A DNA stretch of 64,000 bases from positions 704,001 through 768,000 of the forward strand of contig CAWGHO010000003.1 of the NCBI GenBank assembly GCA_963822445.1. The letters run 5' to 3'. The DNA is from an uncultured Acidobacteriota bacterium. GTDB lineage: Bacteria > Acidobacteriota > Thermoanaerobaculia > Gp7-AA8. The translations under genes were made by a program, and so were the position numbers. Positions 9,572 to 19,231 of the stretch are shown here, piece after piece (position 1 is the first letter of the stretch; each line of letters starts with the position of its first letter). The notes beneath the pieces were generated by a model. That model was given only the letters and a program-made list of their open reading frames with translations. It was not told the origin of the DNA and searched no databases.

Positions 9572-11404
9572 ATGAAGCGTGTGGCCCTGGCAGTCCTGTT
9601 TCTCATCATCACCCCCAATTCATTCGCGCAAACCGACCCGCAGAAGGTGTCCGCGGAGATCGTCGTCACCGCGTCGGCGATTCCCGAGCGGGTCGATGAA
9701 ACGCCGGCGACGGCGACCGTCGTCACGCGCGAGGAGATCGAGGCCCGCGAAGCGCGCGACGTCGCCGACGTCCTGCGCGAAGTCCCCGGCCTGACCGTGA
9801 ACCGCACCGGCTCGAACGGCAAAGCCACCTCGCTGTTCATCCGCGGCGGCAGCTCCAAGCAGGCCCTCGTGCTCTGGAACGGAGTCGAGCTGAATTACCC
9901 CTACCACTCCGGCTACAACTTCGGGCAATTGTCTACCGCTGGTGTCGAGCGGATCGAGGTCGTCCGCGGTCCCTTCTCGGCGCTGTACGGCTCCGAAGCG
10001 GTCAGCGGAGTGGTCAACGTGTTGACCGAGCGGAAAACCAACGGCGGCACGCTCGATCTGTCCGTCGGCGAGCGCGGTCTCTTCAACGCCGGCGTCAGCG
10101 GGGCGCTCTCGCTCGACAAGTGGTCGGTCAACGCCGCCGTTGAGCGCCGCCAGGACAGCGGGTTCGCCGCGAACGACGACTACAAAGGCACGTCGATCGG
10201 CGGCGGCGCCACGTATCGCGCCACCCCGCGGCTTTCTCTGGGATTCCTGGCCCGGCGCAGCTCGTACGACCTGGGCATTCCGTTCAACGCCAATGCTGCA
10301 GGCACCGCGTTCGTCCCCAGCCCCAGCCGCCGCGAGGAGGGGATCGAGACCTCCTTCGCCCTGCCCATTCACTTCGATTCCGGCCGGATGTCCTATGAAT
10401 TGCGCGTCTCGGAGAGCCGCCGCGATGAAGACTTCCGCGATCCGGAAGGAACGTTCGGTCCCGAGCGCAACCTCACCGATTCGCGCGTGCGCACCACCCG
10501 CGCCACCGCCCGCACGACCACCCGCGCCGGCACGATCACCATCGGCGGCGAATACGAGGAATCGCTCGTCGATCACCAGAGCGCGTTCGCGGTGATCGAT
10601 TCGCGTGACCGCACCAGCCGCTCTGCATTCGTCGAGGATCGCCTGTCGATTCCCGCCCGTAACTCGTCGGTCGAGATCACCGCCGGTCTGCGCCTCGACG
10701 ACTTCGATACGTTCGGCAGCCAGCTCTCGCCGCGCATCGCCGCGGCCTGGGTTCGCGAAGGTCACAAGATCCGCGCGGCGTACGGCGAAGGATTCCGCGC
10801 GCCCGGCATCGGCGAGCTCTACACCCCGTTCTACGGCAATCCCGATCTTCAGGCCGAGCAGAGCCGCACCGTCGAAGTCGGTTACGAGCGCTGGTTCGAT
10901 GACAACGGCAGCGCGTCGATCACCCTCTTCGACAGCCAGTACGACGACCTGATCTTCTTCTCCAGCGCCTTCCGCTACGACAACATCAGCGCCGCGAGCG
11001 CGCGCGGTATCGAGCTTTCCGGCCGCCGCCGCTTCAACGCGTTCAGCGCCGCCGCGTCGTACACCTGGCTCGATGCCGAGGACGAGACCACCGGTTCGCA
11101 GCTGGTCCGCCGTCCGGAGCACTCCGGCTCGATCACCCTCGGATACGACGCCGGCGCGGCCTCGGCCCTCGTCGTCCTCAGCCACACCGGCTCGCGCGAC
11201 GACGTTACCGATCTCCTCCCTTACGGAATCGTCCGAAACGGGGCGTACACGACAGCCGACGTGGTGGTGCACTACCATCGTGGTGCTTTGCGGCCGTTCG
11301 TGAAGATCGAAAACGTCACCGGCGAGAGGTACGAAGAGGCTTTCGGGTACCGCTCGCCGGGCCGGCGCGCCGTCGTAGGAGTTCGGTACGGAATCAGCAA
11401 TTAG
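9572..11404 (+). CDS. btuB: TonB-dependent cobalamin receptor
   Basis: RBS AAGGAG, signal peptide, IVVTAS TonB box, ERIEVVRGPFSALYGSEA plug motif, downstream of the B12 riboswitch. Confidence 0.85.
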   Translation: MKRVALAVLFLIITPNSFAQTDPQKVSAEIVVTASAIPERVDETPATATVVTREEIEAREARDVADVLREVPGLTVNRTGSNGKATSLFIRGGSSKQALVLWNGVELNYPYHSGYNFGQLSTAGVERIEVVRGPFSALYGSEAVSGVVNVLTERKTNGGTLDLSVGERGLFNAGVSGALSLDKWSVNAAVERRQDSGFAANDDYKGTSIGGGATYRATPRLSLGFLARRSSYDLGIPFNANAAGTAFVPSPSRREEGIETSFALPIHFDSGRMSYELRVSESRRDEDFRDPEGTFGPERNLTDSRVRTTRATARTTTRAGTITIGGEYEESLVDHQSAFAVIDSRDRTSRSAFVEDRLSIPARNSSVEITAGLRLDDFDTFGSQLSPRIAAAWVREGHKIRAAYGEGFRAPGIGELYTPFYGNPDLQAEQSRTVEVGYERWFDDNGSASITLFDSQYDDLIFFSSAFRYDNISAASARGIELSGRRRFNAFSAAASYTWLDAEDETTGSQLVRRPEHSGSITLGYDAGAASALVVLSHTGSRDDVTDLLPYGIVRNGAYTTADVVVHYHRGALRPFVKIENVTGERYEEAFGYRSPGRRAVVGVRYGISN

Positions 11405-11407
11405 AAA

Positions 11408-11433
11408 GGGTGGGCAGGATGGTCTGCCCACCC
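11408..11433. terminator. stem-loop after btuB
   Basis: GGGTGGGCAG/CTGCCCACCC perfect 10-bp stem. Confidence 0.55.
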
Positions 11434-11438
11434 TATTC

Positions 11439-12125
11439 ATGCCGGCTGCGATCCTCGTCGTTGAAGACGATCTTCTGACCAGACGGTTGCTCCAGGCGAT
11501 CCTGGAGCGCGACGGCTGCATGGTGACGCCTGTTGGCAGCGCGGCCGAGGCGATGGGGGAGGTCGGGCGGCGCGGGTATGACCTGGTGCTGCTCGACCTC
11601 GGCCTCCCCGACGGCGACGGCCTCGACGTCTGCCGCCGCATGCGCGAGCGCCACCAGATGCCCATTATCATCGTCAGCACCCGCCGGGAGATCGAGGACC
11701 GCGTGGCCGGCCTCGATACCGGCGCGGACGACTACATCGTCAAGCCCTTCGAGCCGCGGGAAGTCGTGGCCCGCGTCCGCGCCCACCTGCGGCGGGCGAG
11801 GGAGATGACCGGCGCGGAATCGGTCATCCATCTCGGTCCGGTGGTCGTCGACGTCGCCCTGCGCGATGCCATCGTCGACGGCCGGCCGGCCGGCCTCACG
11901 CAGAAGGAATTCGAGCTCCTGCATCTGCTGGCGTCACGGCGCGGCCGGTCGGTGAGCCGCGAGTACCTCATGGAGCAGTTGTGGGGCGACGACGAGCTGG
12001 CCTCGGAGAAGAATGTCGCGGTTTATGTGAGGCGGCTGCGCAGCAAGATCGAGCGCGACCCGGACAAGCCCGAGATCATTCTCACCGTGCGCGGCTTCGG
12101 CTATCGCGTCGGCGGGGTGAGGTGA
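11439..12125 (+). CDS. OmpR/PhoB family response regulator
   Basis: VEDD, LLDLGLP, GADDYIVKPF, winged helix ending TVRGFGY. Confidence 0.95.
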   Translation: MPAAILVVEDDLLTRRLLQAILERDGCMVTPVGSAAEAMGEVGRRGYDLVLLDLGLPDGDGLDVCRRMRERHQMPIIIVSTRREIEDRVAGLDTGADDYIVKPFEPREVVARVRAHLRRAREMTGAESVIHLGPVVVDVALRDAIVDGRPAGLTQKEFELLHLLASRRGRSVSREYLMEQLWGDDELASEKNVAVYVRRLRSKIERDPDKPEIILTVRGFGYRVGGVR

Positions 12126-12140
12126 TATATCGCGCCCTCC

Positions 12141-12647
12141 ATGTGGACCGCCCGACGCATTCTGAAAGAGATCGCCGACCCTGACCGCCGCCGCGACATC
12201 CTCGCCGCGTTCTGGAAGCACGGCGACGACCAGTCGAAGTTCATGGCCCAGATGCAGCTGGCCAAAGCCCTCCATTTCCGCGACGAGACCATCCGCAAAA
12301 TGGCACCGCAGAAGAGGGCGGAACTGCTCGCGTCGCGCATCGGCGTCGCCGAGTTCGATCAGTTCCTCGAGATCGGCCTGATGGCGTATCACACCCATCA
12401 CAAGAACGAGATGATGGCCGCGTTCCTCGATCGCTGGAACGTGCCGCACGAGAACGGGACCATCGAAGCCGACGAGTACCCGGTGCCCAGCGCCGACCAG
12501 GTCCGCGATGCGGTCAAGGCGCTGGAGGGGGAGTACGACCGCCGCGACACCGCCATCTATCTCGCAACCGCGGGATTGCTGATGGGGGATGAATGGCGGG
12601 AGTCGACGTGGCCGGTGGTGAATGAGTTGATTGCGGAAAGTCGTTAG
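12141..12647 (+). CDS. hypothetical protein
   Basis: 168-aa ORF with host-like codon usage. Confidence 0.75.
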   Translation: MWTARRILKEIADPDRRRDILAAFWKHGDDQSKFMAQMQLAKALHFRDETIRKMAPQKRAELLASRIGVAEFDQFLEIGLMAYHTHHKNEMMAAFLDRWNVPHENGTIEADEYPVPSADQVRDAVKALEGEYDRRDTAIYLATAGLLMGDEWRESTWPVVNELIAESR

Positions 12648-12714
12648 TCGTTAGTGATTAGTCGTTAGTAGCTCGGCGGTTCTACTAACGACTAGCGACT
12701 GACGACTAACCACT
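12639..12714. repeat. heptamer tandem-repeat hairpin between convergent genes
   Basis: (AGTCGTT)n and (AACGACT)n inverted arrays, same family as 9193-9288. Confidence 0.8.
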
Positions 12715-12719
12715 CAGTT

Positions 12720-13286
12720 CTAGCGCCGATCAATCCTCAACACCCCCCACCCCGTCCCATCGTGCAGCAGCGTGGCCGTGGCCTGTTGCGGCGCGGCGAA
12801 GCGGTCGTGAACCGCGCCGGTCTTGAAAGCCGCTCCGACCTCATTCGGGATCCAGCGCCAGGTGAAATCGACGGTGACCTCGCCTTCGCGATCGCGGACG
12901 GCGACGACGTCGCCGATCTCCTTCTTCGCCAGAGGCACGACGTCGAGGATGCCGTTCGGCCGCAGGAGGAAGCGTTTGTCGTTTCGTGATTTGTCCGCGA
13001 GCATCACGTCGCCCGTGCGATCGAGGGCGATCCATCCCGCTTCCGCGAGCTGACGGGCCTCGTCGCGGACCGGCGTGCTCATCGACACGCCGCTCACCGG
13101 CGTCGTCCAGCCGGCGTTCGTGAATTCGAACTCGCTGAACTCCGGCGCGTTCGCGATCAACGTCTTCGCGTCGGCGGCGCTCGGCGCAGCGGGGCGCGGC
13201 TGTTTCGCCACCGTCGCGGTGGTGTCGGTGACCGGCTGTTCGGCGGCACACGCGGTAAGCAGAAGAGCAATCAGGATACGGCGCAT
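12720..13286 (-). CDS. hypothetical lipoprotein
   Basis: Lipobox LTAC. Confidence 0.75.
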   Translation of the reverse strand: MRRILIALLLTACAAEQPVTDTTATVAKQPRPAAPSAADAKTLIANAPEFSEFEFTNAGWTTPVSGVSMSTPVRDEARQLAEAGWIALDRTGDVMLADKSRNDKRFLLRPNGILDVVPLAKKEIGDVVAVRDREGEVTVDFTWRWIPNEVGAAFKTGAVHDRFAAPQQATATLLHDGTGWGVLRIDRR

Positions 13287-14038
13287 GCGCGCAGTAAACC
13301 CGCGACCTCGTCCCGCGTCAATTCGCGAGTCTTGCCGCTCTCGAGATTTCCGAGGTCGATTCCGGCGATTGCGGTGCGGGTCAGTGAGATCACTTTGGCG
13401 TCCAGCGCCTCCACCATCCGCCGCACCTGCCGGTTCCGCCCTTCGGTGATCGTGATCTCGAACACCGTCTTCCCGCCCGGCTCGCGCAGGCGCGTGATCT
13501 TCGCCGGACGCGTCGGACCGTCGCGCAGCTCGATCCCGTTTCGCAGGCGATCGAGCTCCTCCTCGCTCAGACCGCGCGACGCTTTCACCTGATACGTCTT
13601 CGGCACGTGGTAGTCGGGATTGGTCATGCGCTCGGCGAAGGCCGTGTCGTTGGTGAGGATCAGCAGGCCGCTGGTGTCGAGATCGAGCCGGCCGACGGGG
13701 AACAGGTAGCGCTGAAGATCAGGAAGCAGGTCGAAGATCGTCGGCCGCCCTTCCGGATCGCGATACGTGGTCAGGTAGCCGGCCGGCTTGTTGAGGAGAA
13801 GGTAGAGCGGCTCCGCTTTTTCGAGCGGCTTGTCGTCGAAGGTGATGCGATCGCGCTCCAGATCGACCCACCGGTTCGGATCGCCCTCCACCCGCCCGTT
13901 CACCTTCACCCGCCCTTCGCCGACCCAACGCCGCGCCTCGGTCCGCGAGCCGACGCCGGCTTTGGACAAGACTCGCTCCAGCGTTTTCAGTGGACGGTCG
14001 CCGGCCGGCGGCGCTTTGACCTGCCTGGCCTTGCTCAT
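13271..14038 (-). CDS. RsuA/RluB-family rRNA pseudouridine synthase
   Basis: S4 domain, LNKP, catalytic GRLD, EGRNRQVRRM. Confidence 0.95.
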   Translation of the reverse strand: MSKARQVKAPPAGDRPLKTLERVLSKAGVGSRTEARRWVGEGRVKVNGRVEGDPNRWVDLERDRITFDDKPLEKAEPLYLLLNKPAGYLTTYRDPEGRPTIFDLLPDLQRYLFPVGRLDLDTSGLLILTNDTAFAERMTNPDYHVPKTYQVKASRGLSEEELDRLRNGIELRDGPTRPAKITRLREPGGKTVFEITITEGRNRQVRRMVEALDAKVISLTRTAIAGIDLGNLESGKTRELTRDEVAGLLRACAVS

Positions 14039-14592
14039 CTCGGGTCTGTGAGCCTGATCCAGAAACTGTTGTCGATCCTGATCTCCGTGATATGCCCGGC
14101 GTCGTCGACACCGACGTTGTGAACCGCGCCTGTGTTCGCATCAGTGAAGCGGTAATGTCGCGGTCCGACGAGTTGGGCGTTGCCTTCGCTCTTCTCCGGG
14201 TCGAAGGCGATGGTCACCCGCTGGAAAACGCGATTGCCCCATTCCGGCGGCGCGACCTCTTCTCCGCCGCGCTGCCAGACCACGCCTTTCGCGCCGGCTT
14301 TCGCAGTCCACTCCTCGGCATTGACGGTGACCCGGAGTTCCTCCGCGCCGACAGTCGGGCGGGTCATCTCCCCCTCGGCGCGCACGCCGCCTTCTTCGAG
14401 GCGGAAATGAAAGCCGGGCGTGGAGCGGAACCAGCGGACCGCATCTTCATAGCGCGTGGACGCCGGCGCCGTGGCAACGCTGGTGATCGTCGGCGCACTT
14501 TCCGTCGTCGTCGACGGAGCGGGCGTCTCGCGCGAACAGGCGGCGACGAACACAATCAGAAACGCGTACTTAGGAAAACGTTTACATCGCAT
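14035..14592 (-). CDS. hypothetical lipoprotein
   Basis: Lipobox VAAC; stop overlaps the start of the next gene. Confidence 0.7.
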   Translation of the reverse strand: MRCKRFPKYAFLIVFVAACSRETPAPSTTTESAPTITSVATAPASTRYEDAVRWFRSTPGFHFRLEEGGVRAEGEMTRPTVGAEELRVTVNAEEWTAKAGAKGVVWQRGGEEVAPPEWGNRVFQRVTIAFDPEKSEGNAQLVGPRHYRFTDANTGAVHNVGVDDAGHITEIRIDNSFWIRLTDPR

Positions 14593-14631
14593 CGGAACAG
14601 GCGAATGCTACCCTGACGTTCGATACCAATC

Positions 14632-15885
14632 ATGCGGAAAAACTCGTGGTGGTGGGTTGCACTGGGAGTGGCGCTTGCCAGCATCGCGCTTGGAGTGTCG
14701 CAGCTGCCCTACGACGACCCGATCGTGCAGGCGAACATGTTTGCGCCGCCGCACCGCCCCGCGCCCCAGCCGGTTTACATCCCCGAGCCACCGCCGCTTC
14801 CGCCCGCCGAGCCGTCGCGTGAAGTTCCGACCCTGGTCAAGGCCAGCGAGGAGCAGATCGAGCTTCGCGTGAAGGCCCTCGCGCACGAGATGGCCGACAT
14901 GTGGACGCGCAACCCGGAAGAGCTCGTGGTCGTGATCGACGACGCGGCCCGCTCCGTTCCCAGCGCGCCGTCTGTGACGTTGCTGCTGGCCATCGCTCAC
15001 GCCGAAACGAACGGGAAGATTCTCGATGTGTCCGAGGCGGGGGCGGTTGGTCTTGCGCAGGCGACGCCGGTCGCGTATCGCCAGGAAAATCTCGACGGCA
15101 AGCTGTTCGTCACCGCCGACTACCTGATCGGCTCCCGCGCCTACATCATGAAGAAGCCCCTCGGCGACGCGGACACCATCGCCTCGCTGGTCGTCGGCAA
15201 AGACACTCCCGCGACGCGGAAGAAGGCCAAGCGCCTCCTGCGCGCGGCGAAGGAGCTCCGCCGCGAAGGCATCGACGAGCTCGATCTCCTCGCGCCGTAC
15301 GCCTCGAAAAAGTACTACGCCGACATCGCCCGCCGCGACAAACACAACAAGGAAGTGCTCGTGCGTCTCGGGAAGCTGCTCGAGTCCGGATCGCGCGCGC
15401 AGCTGAAGTCGTTCCGCGATGCGACGCGCAAGGAGTACCGCGCGCTCAAGCAGACCCAGCTCGCGTCGTGGAAGGAATACCAGAACGATCTCATCGCCAA
15501 ACGCGATCGCATGCTGGAGCAGCACTTCGGCGTGAGCCACAAGGAAGTGAAACGGACCATGGCCTACGAGGCCAGCGAGTACCTCGGCGAGCACCTCGAC
15601 GACCGCTTCTCCGCGAAGAGCATGGCCCGCTTCCTCGTCCACCACCTCGACCGCAAAGCCAGCGAAGCGCGGAAACTCGGCGCGACCGACGAGAAGGTCG
15701 AGCAGATGACCGCCGCGCTCTACAACGGCGGCTCGCACAACGTGAAGCGCATGCTTGCCGGCCTCATTCGGACATTGCCGGAGACTGAGAAGTACATGAA
15801 GAAGGTCCCCGCGACGCGGCGCCGCCTCGATGGCGTGATCGCCGGCGTGCCGATGAACGAGTCGGGCGTGCGCACGCTGCGCTGA
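14632..15885 (+). CDS. lytic transglycosylase (SLT-like) with large insertion
   Basis: AHAET (catalytic Glu), SEAGAVGLAQ, ALYNGG and ETEKY motifs. N-terminal membrane anchor. Confidence 0.75.
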   Translation: MRKNSWWWVALGVALASIALGVSQLPYDDPIVQANMFAPPHRPAPQPVYIPEPPPLPPAEPSREVPTLVKASEEQIELRVKALAHEMADMWTRNPEELVVVIDDAARSVPSAPSVTLLLAIAHAETNGKILDVSEAGAVGLAQATPVAYRQENLDGKLFVTADYLIGSRAYIMKKPLGDADTIASLVVGKDTPATRKKAKRLLRAAKELRREGIDELDLLAPYASKKYYADIARRDKHNKEVLVRLGKLLESGSRAQLKSFRDATRKEYRALKQTQLASWKEYQNDLIAKRDRMLEQHFGVSHKEVKRTMAYEASEYLGEHLDDRFSAKSMARFLVHHLDRKASEARKLGATDEKVEQMTAALYNGGSHNVKRMLAGLIRTLPETEKYMKKVPATRRRLDGVIAGVPMNESGVRTLR

Positions 15886-15892
15886 TCCCGCG

Positions 15893-16987
15893 TCACGCCA
15901 GTGCGAAATCGACCCGCAGCACGAACATCGTCACCATCCACCCCAGGAGGATGATGAAAGTCGCCGTCACCAGCCGTTCCCGCTGTCGCGTCTCCGCCCA
16001 CGTGGCCAGCCAGAGAAACGTGGGAAACACGACCATCGAATAGCGCGCGATCGATTGCACAGTCCCGGTGCTGAGCGGAACGGCCACCGCCGCGAACGCG
16101 TACGCGGCGAATGCCCACTGACGGCGGCGGAGCATCCCCACGGCGGCGATGATCAGGAAGAGCGCGGCGGCACCGTTGAGGAGCACGAAGTTCCAGGGCC
16201 GGCTCACCGCGAACGACTTCGTCCACTGCCCGCGATCCCAGAGCGCTTGCGCCTTCACGAATGCCAGCGCGTCGCCGGTCAGTTGATGGAGGAAAAGCAT
16301 GAACGCGGCGGTGCTCATCGGGATCAACAGAAGCCAGAGTTGCCGGCGCGACAACTTTCCGCGTTGCTGCAGTGGCAGAAGGATCAGCGCGGGAAGGAGC
16401 AGGATGCCGATGAAGCGCGTCGCGGCCGCGAGCGCGCCGGCGATTCCGGCGGCCCACCAGCGGTCCCTTGCCGCGAAATAGAACGACGCTGCCGAGAGAC
16501 AGAGGAACAGCGACTCGGTCAGCGGCAGCGAGAAGAAGTAAGTCGTGGGGAAGAAGGCCATGAAGAACACCGCCCGCTCGACCTGCTCGTTCGTCGCGCC
16601 CAGTCGCATGCCTGCCGCGGCAACGAACAGAAGTCCGGCCACGCAGGCGAGATTCGACACGAGCAATGCCGCGATCGGATAGTCGACAGGCATGACCCGC
16701 ATCAGCAGCGGATAAAGCGGGAAGAACGCCCAGGTGCTCCGCGGTCTGCCATCCGCGCCCGGCGCCTCGTATCCCTCGCGCGCGATCCGCTCGTAATGCC
16801 AGGCATCGCCGACCATGGTTATGCGGACCAGCTCCGGCACCAGCCGTTCCGCCGACAACACGACTTCCGTCCGCCAGATCGTGTTCGCGTATTCCTTGCC
16901 GAGGAAGGTGATCTGCGAGCCGATGACCAGGAGGGAGAAGACGAGCAGGCGGCTCAGCAGAATGGTGGCGAGGACGTTCCGGAGCAT
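15893..16987 (-). CDS. GT-C membrane mannosyltransferase (PIG-V-like)
   Basis: DAWHY..IA..GY, AFFPLYP, TESLF, ARY; multiple TM helices. Confidence 0.85.
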   Translation of the reverse strand: MLRNVLATILLSRLLVFSLLVIGSQITFLGKEYANTIWRTEVVLSAERLVPELVRITMVGDAWHYERIAREGYEAPGADGRPRSTWAFFPLYPLLMRVMPVDYPIAALLVSNLACVAGLLFVAAAGMRLGATNEQVERAVFFMAFFPTTYFFSLPLTESLFLCLSAASFYFAARDRWWAAGIAGALAAATRFIGILLLPALILLPLQQRGKLSRRQLWLLLIPMSTAAFMLFLHQLTGDALAFVKAQALWDRGQWTKSFAVSRPWNFVLLNGAAALFLIIAAVGMLRRRQWAFAAYAFAAVAVPLSTGTVQSIARYSMVVFPTFLWLATWAETRQRERLVTATFIILLGWMVTMFVLRVDFALA

Positions 16988-16992
16988 CGCCG

Positions 16993-18249
16993 CTACGTCC
17001 GCAGAACCTTCCCGGTCTTCCCCGTGATCAGCCGCGCGCCGCGTTGGTAGGTGAGGTAGGCCCACGCCCATTGCGTGATCACCAGGAAGCGGTTGCGGAA
17101 GCCGATCAGGAAGAAGATGTGGATCGCCAGCCAGGCGAACCACGCGAGGAAGCCGCTCAGTTTGAACTTGCCGAAGTCCGCGACGGCGGCGGCGCGACCG
17201 ATCGTCGCCAGCGAGCCTTTGTCTCTGTAGCGAAAGGGCCGCAGCGGCTGTCCCGCGACCGCACGCTCGACATTCAGCGCCGTGAATTGCCCTTCCTGAA
17301 TCGCGGCGGGCGCGACTCCGGGCACGAACGAGCCATCGGCCTGTTTCACCGCGGCCAGATCGCCGATCACGAAGACGTTTTTGTGCCCAGGTACGGTGAG
17401 ATCGCGCTCGACGAGCACGTGACCGGCGCGATCGAGCGGGACGCCGAGGGATTTCGCGAGCGGCGACGCCTGCACGCCGGCGCCCCACAGCACGGTCCGC
17501 GTCGCAATCACCCGATCCCCGATCCGAACCTCCCGCTCATTGACCACGGAGACCATCGCGCCGGTGATCACCTCCACGCCCAACTCCACGAGCTGCTTGC
17601 GCGCTTTCTCGGACAGATCGGGCGGATACGTTGGCAGGACGCGATCTTTTCCTTCGATCAGAATCACCCGCGCGCTTTCGGACTTGATCCGCCGGAAATC
17701 GCGGACCATGGTCTGCCGCGCGATCTCGGACAGCGCGCCGGCCAGCTCCGCGCCGGTCGGTCCCGCACCGATGATCGCGAAGGTCAGCCACGCCTGCTGT
17801 TCGACGGGATCGGTCTCCCGTTCCGCCGCTTCGAACGCGAGGAGGACGCGGCGCCGGATCTCGAGCGCGTCGTCGATGGTCTTCAGACCCGGCGCGTTGC
17901 GCTCCCATTCGTCGTGACCGAAGTACGAATGCGTGGCGCCGGTGGCGATGACCAGGAAGTCGTACGCTAGCTCGCCGTCGAGCAACTGGACGCGCTTGCG
18001 GTCCATGTCGACGGCCACCGCGTCGCCGAGGATGACCGTGGCATTTTTCTGCTTGCGGAGGATGCCGCGCATGGGAGCGGCGATGTCGCTTGGATTCAGC
18101 GCTGCCGTGGCCACCTGGTAGAGCAGGGGCTGAAAGAGATGGTAGTTGTGCCGGTCGACGACCGTGACCTGCGCGTCGACGTGTTTCAGTCCGCGGGCGC
18201 AGTAGAGGCCGGCGAACCCACCGCCGATGATGACCACATGTGGAGGCAT
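16993..18249 (-). CDS. ndh: type II NADH dehydrogenase
   Basis: GGGFAG, FQPLLYQVAT, GAGPTGAELAG, GDLA, YRDKGSLATIGR. Confidence 0.93.
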   Translation of the reverse strand: MPPHVVIIGGGFAGLYCARGLKHVDAQVTVVDRHNYHLFQPLLYQVATAALNPSDIAAPMRGILRKQKNATVILGDAVAVDMDRKRVQLLDGELAYDFLVIATGATHSYFGHDEWERNAPGLKTIDDALEIRRRVLLAFEAAERETDPVEQQAWLTFAIIGAGPTGAELAGALSEIARQTMVRDFRRIKSESARVILIEGKDRVLPTYPPDLSEKARKQLVELGVEVITGAMVSVVNEREVRIGDRVIATRTVLWGAGVQASPLAKSLGVPLDRAGHVLVERDLTVPGHKNVFVIGDLAAVKQADGSFVPGVAPAAIQEGQFTALNVERAVAGQPLRPFRYRDKGSLATIGRAAAVADFGKFKLSGFLAWFAWLAIHIFFLIGFRNRFLVITQWAWAYLTYQRGARLITGKTGKVLRT

Positions 18250-18279
18250 TTCAGGCGCGACTCGCGCCGTACTCTACCC

Positions 18280-18588
18280 CTACTGCAAGGTCTCATGGCC
18301 GCTGAACCGGATCGCGAACGCGTCGATGATCCGCCGCATGTCGGCCAGGAACCCCGGATCTTCGGCGATGCGCTGTTTCATCACCACGAGAAACGGCACG
18401 TCCGCATCATCGTCGGCCGAACCGTCTCCACGCTCGATGAGATCCAGCCACTTGTCCGGATCTCCGTCGAAGAGGGTCAACAGCATCTGCATCCGCGCGA
18501 AATTCGCGGCGACCGCACCCAGGCTCCAGCGGGGGGTCCATTCCAGGACCTCAACAGAGACATCTCCAGCGAGAGTTGACGTCATCAC
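18280..18588 (-). CDS. hypothetical protein
   Basis: RBS AAGGAG upstream; 102 aa. Confidence 0.65.
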   Translation of the reverse strand: MMTSTLAGDVSVEVLEWTPRWSLGAVAANFARMQMLLTLFDGDPDKWLDLIERGDGSADDDADVPFLVVMKQRIAEDPGFLADMRRIIDAFAIRFSGHETLQ

Positions 18589-18680
18589 AATAATTCACTC
18601 CTTTAGCGGGACACTCAACTAAGGAGTGACGGCGGGACGGAATTCCCTACCCACGATGTTGGCGAAAGGGAACGACGAGG

Positions 18681-18806
18681 GCGCCTCCGGCGGGCGGCCA
18701 CGGGCCGCAGCGCTGGTTTTGGCGTGAACGCGATTCGTACAGCTTGCGCGGGTTTTGGCAGAAGGCACAACCAGCGCCGCGGCCCGTGGCCGCCCGCCGG
18801 AGGCGC
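18681..18806. repeat. REPIN/MITE-like element: 38-bp inverted repeats around a 50-bp spacer
   Basis: 18681-18718 is the reverse complement of 18769-18806 with one mismatch. Confidence 0.85.
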
Positions 18807-18812
18807 TCTCGG

Positions 18813-19214
18813 TCAGTCCTTGCCAATCTTCGCGAGCTCCGGCTTCCCCACCCACCGCCCCCAGGAAAAGCAGCGGATGCAGGTGAACGTGTAGTCGGTC
18901 ACCCCCGTCTCGCCGTTCTCCTTGGCGTTCACCTCGATCTTCGACTGGCAGCGGTAGCAAAGGATCGCGTCGCCGCGCTGGAGGTTCTCCACGAACCCCT
19001 CCACCGACTGATCCTGAAACTCCATCTGCTTCGGGCGCTGGCCGATCTGGATCGTCTCCTTGCCGCGGGGGCAGGTCAGGAAAATGTGGTCGGCGAACGT
19101 CGTCTGCACGAAGCTGCCGGTCAGCGTGGCGCCGGGGTGGCGGGGGCAGGGGATCGGCTTCCCGGCCCAGTAGGCGCGGGCGAGCTCTCGCATCTGTTCG
19201 ACTTCGGTCGGCAT
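18813..19214 (-). CDS. hypothetical Zn-ribbon-like protein
   Basis: MPTEVEQ start; CPRH, C, CYRC, CIRC. TACAAT upstream. Confidence 0.7.
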   Translation of the reverse strand: MPTEVEQMRELARAYWAGKPIPCPRHPGATLTGSFVQTTFADHIFLTCPRGKETIQIGQRPKQMEFQDQSVEGFVENLQRGDAILCYRCQSKIEVNAKENGETGVTDYTFTCIRCFSWGRWVGKPELAKIGKD

Positions 19215-19231
19215 GCGCGGCGAATTGTAAG

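Noticed and set aside
11439-12125. Orphan response regulator as the partner of the kinase at 57700
   Set aside because: 46 kb apart with no sequence evidence linking them.
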